Made by a program: the position numbers and the translations under genes
In this document: positions 58,928-64,000 of the stretch, piece by piece
Numbering within the stretch: the stretch's first letter is position 1
Layout of the letters: each line of letters opens with the position of its first letter
Assembly: GCA_013002165.1 (NCBI GenBank)
Contig: JABDKO010000243.1
Location: forward strand, 6,760-70,759
Source of the DNA: Rhodothermales bacterium
Lineage (GTDB): Bacteria > Bacteroidota > Rhodothermia > Rhodothermales > JABDKH01
Length of the DNA stretch: 64,000 nucleotides
Direction of reading: 5' to 3'
The notes under the pieces: model-generated
The model's database searches: none
What the model saw: the letters and a program-made list of their open reading frames with translations, nothing else
What the model was told of the DNA's origin: nothing

Positions 58928-60559
58928 ATGAATAATTCAGTTTCAAGCATCCCTCCACCAATCAATGAACCGGTTTTGAGTTATGCTCCCGGAAGTCCGG
59001 AGCGGGCAAGTCTCCAGGCAAGACTGGCGGAAATGAAAAGTGAGATGGTCGAGATTCCGGCGATTATCGGAGGAAAGGAAGTTCGGTCGCGCGACACTTC
59101 TATTGTTACGCAACCGCATGATCACCATTCACCTCTTGGCACCATTCATCTCTGTAGTTCATTGCAGGTTAAGAAAGCAATCAGCGCGTCACAGGACGCC
59201 CGTGGCGATTGGGCAGCGATGCCCTGGAAAGAGCGGGCGGCGATATTCCTGAAGGCAGCCGACCTTCTGGCCGGACCGTGGAGAGATACCCTCAATGCCG
59301 CCACAATGCTTGGTCAGAGCAAGAACGCGTACCAGGCGGAGATTGACTCGGCGTGCGAGCTGATTGATTTCTTTCGATTCAACGCACACTTCATGCAGCG
59401 GATTTATGAAGAGCAGCCAATTTCATCTGAGGGTATTTGGAACAGAATGCAGTACCGTCCCCTCGAAGGCTTTGTATTCGCGGTTACGCCTTTCAATTTC
59501 ACAGCCATTCAGGGTAATCTTCCTACTGCACCCGCGATGCTGGGAAATACGATAGTCTGGAAGCCTGCCACTACTTCCGTCTACTCGGCCCACTACCTGT
59601 ACAAACTACTCGAAGCGGCAGGATTGCCGCCCGGTGTAATCAATATGGTTCCCGGTCGCGGGGCCAGCGTCGGGGATCCTGTCTTTGCCAGCAAGGATTT
59701 CGCAGGATTACATTTCACCGGATCGACCTCGACCTTCCAGTACATGTGGAAGACGATCGGAAGCACCATCGACAAGTATAAATCCTATCCACGGATTGTG
59801 GGTGAGACTGGTGGTAAGGACTTCATCGTCGCGCACCCGTCAGCAGATCCTCTGGTCGTAGCAACGGCCATCGTTCGAGGTGCGTTTGAATATCAGGGAC
59901 AGAAGTGTTCCGCCGCGTCGCGTGTCTACATACCGCGATCACTCTGGTCTAAGGTCAAGAAGTCAATGCTCGGCCAGTTATCCGAGATAAAAATGGGCCC
60001 TGTGGATGACTTCTCTAACTTTGTCAATGCTGTTATTGACAAAAACGCATACAACAGTATCAAGGCGTATATCACGTCTGCAAAACGTTCGAACTCTGCT
60101 GAAATAATTGCCGGCGGCAAGTGCTCGGATAAAGACGGGTACTTTATCGAGCCCACAGTAATCCTTGCGAGCGACCCCGGCTATCGAACAATGTGCGAGG
60201 AGATTTTTGGACCGGTCGTCACGATATACGTTTACAAGGATAAGGATTTTGAATCGACTCTCGATCTTGTGGACCAGACATCTCCGTATGCCTTGACCGG
60301 AGCAATATTTGCACAGGACCGCGCCGTGATAAATATGGCTACCGACAGGCTAGTCGACTCGGCGGGAAATTTTTATATCAACGATAAACCAACCGGTGCG
60401 GTGGTCGGTCAACAGCCCTTCGGGGGTGCACGAGCGTCCGGCACGAATGACAAGGCGGGCTCGATTTTGAATCTACTGCGCTGGGTCTCCGCAAGATCGA
60501 TCAAAGAAACATTTAATCCCGCCTCACATTTTGCCTACCCGTTCCTGGGAGACGAGTAA
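58928..60559 (+). CDS. pruA: L-glutamate gamma-semialdehyde (1-pyrroline-5-carboxylate) dehydrogenase
   Basis: 543-aa ALDH-family protein with GETGGKDF and the catalytic Cys in GQKCSAASR. The long N-terminal arm is typical of monofunctional P5CDH. Confidence 0.85.
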   Translation: MNNSVSSIPPPINEPVLSYAPGSPERASLQARLAEMKSEMVEIPAIIGGKEVRSRDTSIVTQPHDHHSPLGTIHLCSSLQVKKAISASQDARGDWAAMPWKERAAIFLKAADLLAGPWRDTLNAATMLGQSKNAYQAEIDSACELIDFFRFNAHFMQRIYEEQPISSEGIWNRMQYRPLEGFVFAVTPFNFTAIQGNLPTAPAMLGNTIVWKPATTSVYSAHYLYKLLEAAGLPPGVINMVPGRGASVGDPVFASKDFAGLHFTGSTSTFQYMWKTIGSTIDKYKSYPRIVGETGGKDFIVAHPSADPLVVATAIVRGAFEYQGQKCSAASRVYIPRSLWSKVKKSMLGQLSEIKMGPVDDFSNFVNAVIDKNAYNSIKAYITSAKRSNSAEIIAGGKCSDKDGYFIEPTVILASDPGYRTMCEEIFGPVVTIYVYKDKDFESTLDLVDQTSPYALTGAIFAQDRAVINMATDRLVDSAGNFYINDKPTGAVVGQQPFGGARASGTNDKAGSILNLLRWVSARSIKETFNPASHFAYPFLGDE

Positions 60560-60600
60560 AAAGGTATCACCATTAGAACACGCAGCATTCCTGCCAAAGC

Positions 60601-61623
60601 ATGTCAAAACCAATGAATGTCGTACAGTTCGGCATCGGCCCAATCGGCCTTGAATCTGTAAAAACCATTTTGCAAAAGCAGTCGACGGGGAAAATTCGAC
60701 TTGTTGGAGTAATTGATATCGATCCTAACAAGATCGGTAAAGATGTAGGTCACCTCCTTGCCGAACCTGTGGATACCGGTGTCATTGTTTCCAGTGATGC
60801 TGCGGCGGTCCTGGAGTCTGTTGATGTAGATGTGGTTGTCCACACAACGTCGTCTTTCCTCGACTCTATGTATGACCAACTCGTCCTGTGTGCAGAGAAA
60901 GGCGCTAACGTTGTTTCTTCGACGGAAGAGTTGTCGTATCCATACGAGCGCCACCCCCAGATCGCTGAGAAAATTGATGCGGTAGCGAAGAGGTACGGCG
61001 TAACTATTGTCGGTACCGGAGTTAACCCTGGATACGCAATGGATGTGTTGGCTCTTACAGCTACGGGGGTATCGACGGATGTTCACCGCGTCCGGATATC
61101 CAGAGTTGTTGATGCTGGAAAACGACGCAAACCTCTTCAGGCGAAGGTCGGAGCAGGGATCAGCGCCGAGGAGTTTGCTGAAAAAAAAGCCACCGGCAAG
61201 TTCGGTCATATCGGACTGCGCGAATCGCTGCTGATGGTTGCGGATGGACTCGGCTGGGAGCTTACTTCCGCAGAAGAAAATCTTGATCCCGTTATTTCCA
61301 CCAAGAAAGTCATCACGCCTTACTTTACTGTCGAGGAAGGGGCCGTCGCCGGCATCCATCATTCCATCAAGGGATTTGTTGGAAGCGATGCTGTCATCAC
61401 ACTCGATCTACAGATGTATGTAGGTGCGGACGATCCTCACGACGCTGTTTTCGTAGAGGGAACTCCTCCAATCGACTTGATTGTAAGAGGCGGAATCTTT
61501 GGAGATACCGCTACCATCGCTGCCCTCGTTAACGCTATCCCTCTTGCTGCGTCCTCGGACCCTGGACTCAAGACGGTCAAAGATCTTCCCGTCCCTCGCG
61601 CTTTTGCGACGGTACCACAATAG
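60601..61623 (+). CDS. DapB-N-like NAD(P)-binding amine/diamino-acid dehydrogenase-family protein
   Basis: N-terminal Rossmann motif VVQFGIGPIGLESV. The size and layout resemble 2,4-diaminopentanoate / amine dehydrogenases. The call is from memory and moderate. Confidence 0.55.
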   Translation: MSKPMNVVQFGIGPIGLESVKTILQKQSTGKIRLVGVIDIDPNKIGKDVGHLLAEPVDTGVIVSSDAAAVLESVDVDVVVHTTSSFLDSMYDQLVLCAEKGANVVSSTEELSYPYERHPQIAEKIDAVAKRYGVTIVGTGVNPGYAMDVLALTATGVSTDVHRVRISRVVDAGKRRKPLQAKVGAGISAEEFAEKKATGKFGHIGLRESLLMVADGLGWELTSAEENLDPVISTKKVITPYFTVEEGAVAGIHHSIKGFVGSDAVITLDLQMYVGADDPHDAVFVEGTPPIDLIVRGGIFGDTATIAALVNAIPLAASSDPGLKTVKDLPVPRAFATVPQ

Positions 61624-61655
61624 CCAATGCCGTACGCGGCGAGCAACAGAGTGGT

Positions 61656-62123
61656 GTGGACAGCACGACATTCAGAACAACATTTCTACTTGAAGCTCCG
61701 ACAAGGGCAATAGGATTTTCGCGGGTCTATCTTCGATTTGTGGCCATCGTGATGCTCCCTCTGATGATCGTTACGTTGTTTGCGGCCCTGGAGGGATCGA
61801 CCATCCTTCCCTATTTGTACCGCGGATATCCCGGAGGCTTGCTCCTTGCTTTTGCTATGTCATACTATTGGATGCGCACCGTTCCGGCAATGGTGATTGT
61901 AGATGGTTCACTGGTCGAGGTGCGGACTGTACACGAAGCCTACTACAGGAAAACTGATGGCCTCAAAAGCCCCGCCTACGTCATTGACCTGGATCAAAGT
62001 GATGAGGGTATATCCGTGACCGTCGGCCTTGACACGTATACTCTGAAGGCCAGCGATTGGCAGGAGTACGATGAGATGAAAGTCGCGTTGCAAAGCGCTC
62101 ACCTGATCTATCAGAGCCTCTAG
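61656..62123 (+). CDS. Hypothetical two-TM membrane protein
   Basis: GTG start, two hydrophobic helices and then a soluble ~80-aa domain. No family recognised. Confidence 0.4.
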   Translation: MDSTTFRTTFLLEAPTRAIGFSRVYLRFVAIVMLPLMIVTLFAALEGSTILPYLYRGYPGGLLLAFAMSYYWMRTVPAMVIVDGSLVEVRTVHEAYYRKTDGLKSPAYVIDLDQSDEGISVTVGLDTYTLKASDWQEYDEMKVALQSAHLIYQSL

Positions 62124-62145
62124 CATCGATGTTCATGCAAAGCAG

Positions 62146-63075
62146 ATGATACAACTGGATCGAAAGTCGGATCGCTCGGCACAGCAGCAGATAGCCGATT
62201 ACTTCAGGTTTGAAATTGGTCTGGGTCGTCGTATTCAGATTGGAGATATGCTTCCCTCAACGCGCAGCCTGGCTGCCAGCTCCGGCGTCTCCTACCATAC
62301 CGTGAGAAAAGCATATCAGCTTCTGGAATCTGAAGGACTTCTCGAATCTGTATCCGGTAGTGGATACCGTGTTGTCGCCCGGGCCGGGCTGGATTCCTCC
62401 GGCAGGCTTGAGAAGGCAGCCGCGATCGTCAGCGAATCGATAAAGAGGCTCATTGCCCTCGGCCTTGACATTGCAGACGTCGAGTACATTCTGGAAGAAC
62501 AACTTGGATTCTTCACCCACGACCAGGTCGCCCAGAAGATTCTCGTCGTAGGTCCGTATTCCGAGTATGCTTCAGCGATCGCCTCTGCATTATCCAGCCT
62601 CGCATTGATGAATGTCGAGCATTGTGCCGAAAATGAAATCCAGAATCATGCCGACGCAGATTATGTTCTGGTCCCGCTCAGGATGGTCCGGTCGGTCGGT
62701 TTTGCTCTTTCCAAGTCAGAGATTCTGGCGATCGATACGACGCTTCCAATCGAGGCTATTGAGGCCGTCGCGAAGCTGCTTGACTACGAGTCACTCGGAT
62801 TACTCACCGCTCAACCTGATGCCATTGCCCCACTTACAAAGCTTCTCAAGGAGCGAACGGCGTTCGCCGGTCAGATTATTGCGTCAACCACTGACGCGAC
62901 GCGCGGCAAGGTTGTAGAGACATTTGTCTCACAAGTTGATTTGCTTCTGTACACTCCGGGCGCTCGTAACATCGTTGCTCGTCATGTTGACCGGCGCGAG
63001 GTTCCGACTTACGAGATTGTCGAAATGCTGACTCAGGAATCGCTCGAAAAAGTGAAACAGGCGATCACTGGATAG
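62146..63075 (+). CDS. GntR-family transcriptional regulator with an unassigned ~230-aa effector domain
   Basis: N-terminal winged HTH: LPSTRSLAASSGVSYHTVRKAYQLLESEGLLESVSGSGYRV. Confidence 0.75.
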   Translation: MIQLDRKSDRSAQQQIADYFRFEIGLGRRIQIGDMLPSTRSLAASSGVSYHTVRKAYQLLESEGLLESVSGSGYRVVARAGLDSSGRLEKAAAIVSESIKRLIALGLDIADVEYILEEQLGFFTHDQVAQKILVVGPYSEYASAIASALSSLALMNVEHCAENEIQNHADADYVLVPLRMVRSVGFALSKSEILAIDTTLPIEAIEAVAKLLDYESLGLLTAQPDAIAPLTKLLKERTAFAGQIIASTTDATRGKVVETFVSQVDLLLYTPGARNIVARHVDRREVPTYEIVEMLTQESLEKVKQAITG

Positions 63076-63076
63076 A

Positions 63077-64000
63077 TCAGCCTTCGGGCGACTCCTGTGG
63101 TTTACCGTTGGACTCAATTGGCTCCACTGGCACTGGTTCACCAACTTCCGGGTCCGGAACAGTTTCTTTCCGTTTCTCAGCCAGCTCGCGAGCTGCTTCT
63201 TCTTCCTCCTGCCCGGGGTACTTGACGCGAACATGATACATGCTAACCAGCATGTTAAGAAACGTCTCCTTGATGGTGTTGAGCTCCCGGAAATTCAGGT
63301 TTGTCAACGCCAGCTGGTCGTCATTTATCCGCGACGCAAACAGAGAGTCAATGAGATTCTCAAATCTCTTGTGTGTCGGAGACTCGATCGTCCTTCCGGC
63401 AGCCTCTACGGAATCCGCCAGCATGAGTATTCCACTTTCTTTAGAATTCGGTCTGGGGCCGGGATAACGGAACTCCGCCTCTGAGAGGGTCTCTGAGTCA
63501 TCGGCCTTTTCCCTGGCTCGGCGATAGAAATACTCGACGAGAGAAGTCCCGTGGTGCATGGGAATAAAATCTTCAACTAGCTTCGGAAGATTGTATTCGC
63601 GCGCGATCTCGATGCCCTCCTTGACGTGACTCGTAATAATCAAGGCACTCATGCGAGGTTTGAGATTGTCGTGCGGATTATTTCCAGGATGCTGATTCTC
63701 GACGAAGTACTCTGGCTTGTGCATCTTCCCGATATCATGATACAGCGCACCAACCCGGGTCAGAAGCGCATTCGCACCAATGGCATCCGCTGCCGCTTCG
63801 GCAAGGTTGGCAACCTGAAGTGTGTGATTGAACGTTCCCGGTGCGTGTATACTCAACTCTTTCAGGAGCGGTCGATTTGTATCTGACAACTCGAGAAGCG
63901 TCAGGTCAGTCGTAATATCGAAAGCCTTCTCAAATACCCACAGCAGTGGAAAGGCCATAATTATCAGGAACGAATTCAGGCCGGACTGGATAACGTGCTT
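63077..64000 (-). CDS. HD/HDIG-domain membrane phosphohydrolase (PgpH/YqfF-like), 5' end beyond the window
   Basis: Motifs HTLQVANLAE...YHDIGK and MHHG. The frame stays open upstream of the track Met (63958) to position 64000, reading ...KHVIQSGLNSFLII, a TM segment. The gene is therefore partial. Confidence 0.8.
   Translation of the reverse strand, partial: KHVIQSGLNSFLIIMAFPLLWVFEKAFDITTDLTLLELSDTNRPLLKELSIHAPGTFNHTLQVANLAEAAADAIGANALLTRVGALYHDIGKMHKPEYFVENQHPGNNPHDNLKPRMSALIITSHVKEGIEIAREYNLPKLVEDFIPMHHGTSLVEYFYRRAREKADDSETLSEAEFRYPGPRPNSKESGILMLADSVEAAGRTIESPTHKRFENLIDSLFASRINDDQLALTNLNFRELNTIKETFLNMLVSMYHVRVKYPGQEEEEAARELAEKRKETVPDPEVGEPVPVEPIESNGKPQESPEG

Noticed and set aside
60604-61362. 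252-aa minus-strand ORF.
   Set aside because: It is antisense to the Rossmann-fold dehydrogenase gene, which has a proper GxGxxG N-terminus.

Overview
This is a dense, mostly housekeeping chromosomal segment with about 55 protein genes, little intergenic space and several overlapping stop/start codons. I found no rRNA, tRNA, CRISPR array or transposase by eye. Two secreted S8 proteases end in Por/T9SS-type C-terminal sorting domains. Together with the gene content, this suggests a Bacteroidota/Balneolota/Rhodothermota-like (FCB group) organism, which is inference only. Landmarks follow. A complete rimP-nusA-infB-rbfA-truB-ribF-rpsO-pnp block spans 13.6-23.3 kb. prfB carries its classical programmed +1 frameshift, which the ORF track misses. 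Purine and cofactor genes are purD, purC, guaB, nadB and moaDE. scpAB-rluB and miaA are present. A cell-surface cluster at 30.6-38.5 kb holds GT4, a 1405-aa S8/FG-GAP/T9SS protein, an orphan RsbW-like kinase and a GT-C::methyltransferase fusion. A tyrosine recombinase is followed by secreted hydrolases and a copA/copZ copper module at 39.7-50.3 kb. A P5C dehydrogenase, amine dehydrogenase and GntR module lies at 58.9-63.1 kb. The most unusual object is a monocistronic 790-aa protein (56081-58453, minus strand). A clear C-terminal GvpL/GvpF gas-vesicle-type domain is fused to eight tandem 44-residue repeats and an acidic linker, and no other gvp gene is in the window. Other notable items are an RGG-repeat tail on PNPase, tandem intrinsic terminators ahead of rimP-nusA, and a terminator-flanked 48-codon ORF between copA and copZ. 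All functional calls rest on motifs I recognised in the translations. No database search or computation was run.
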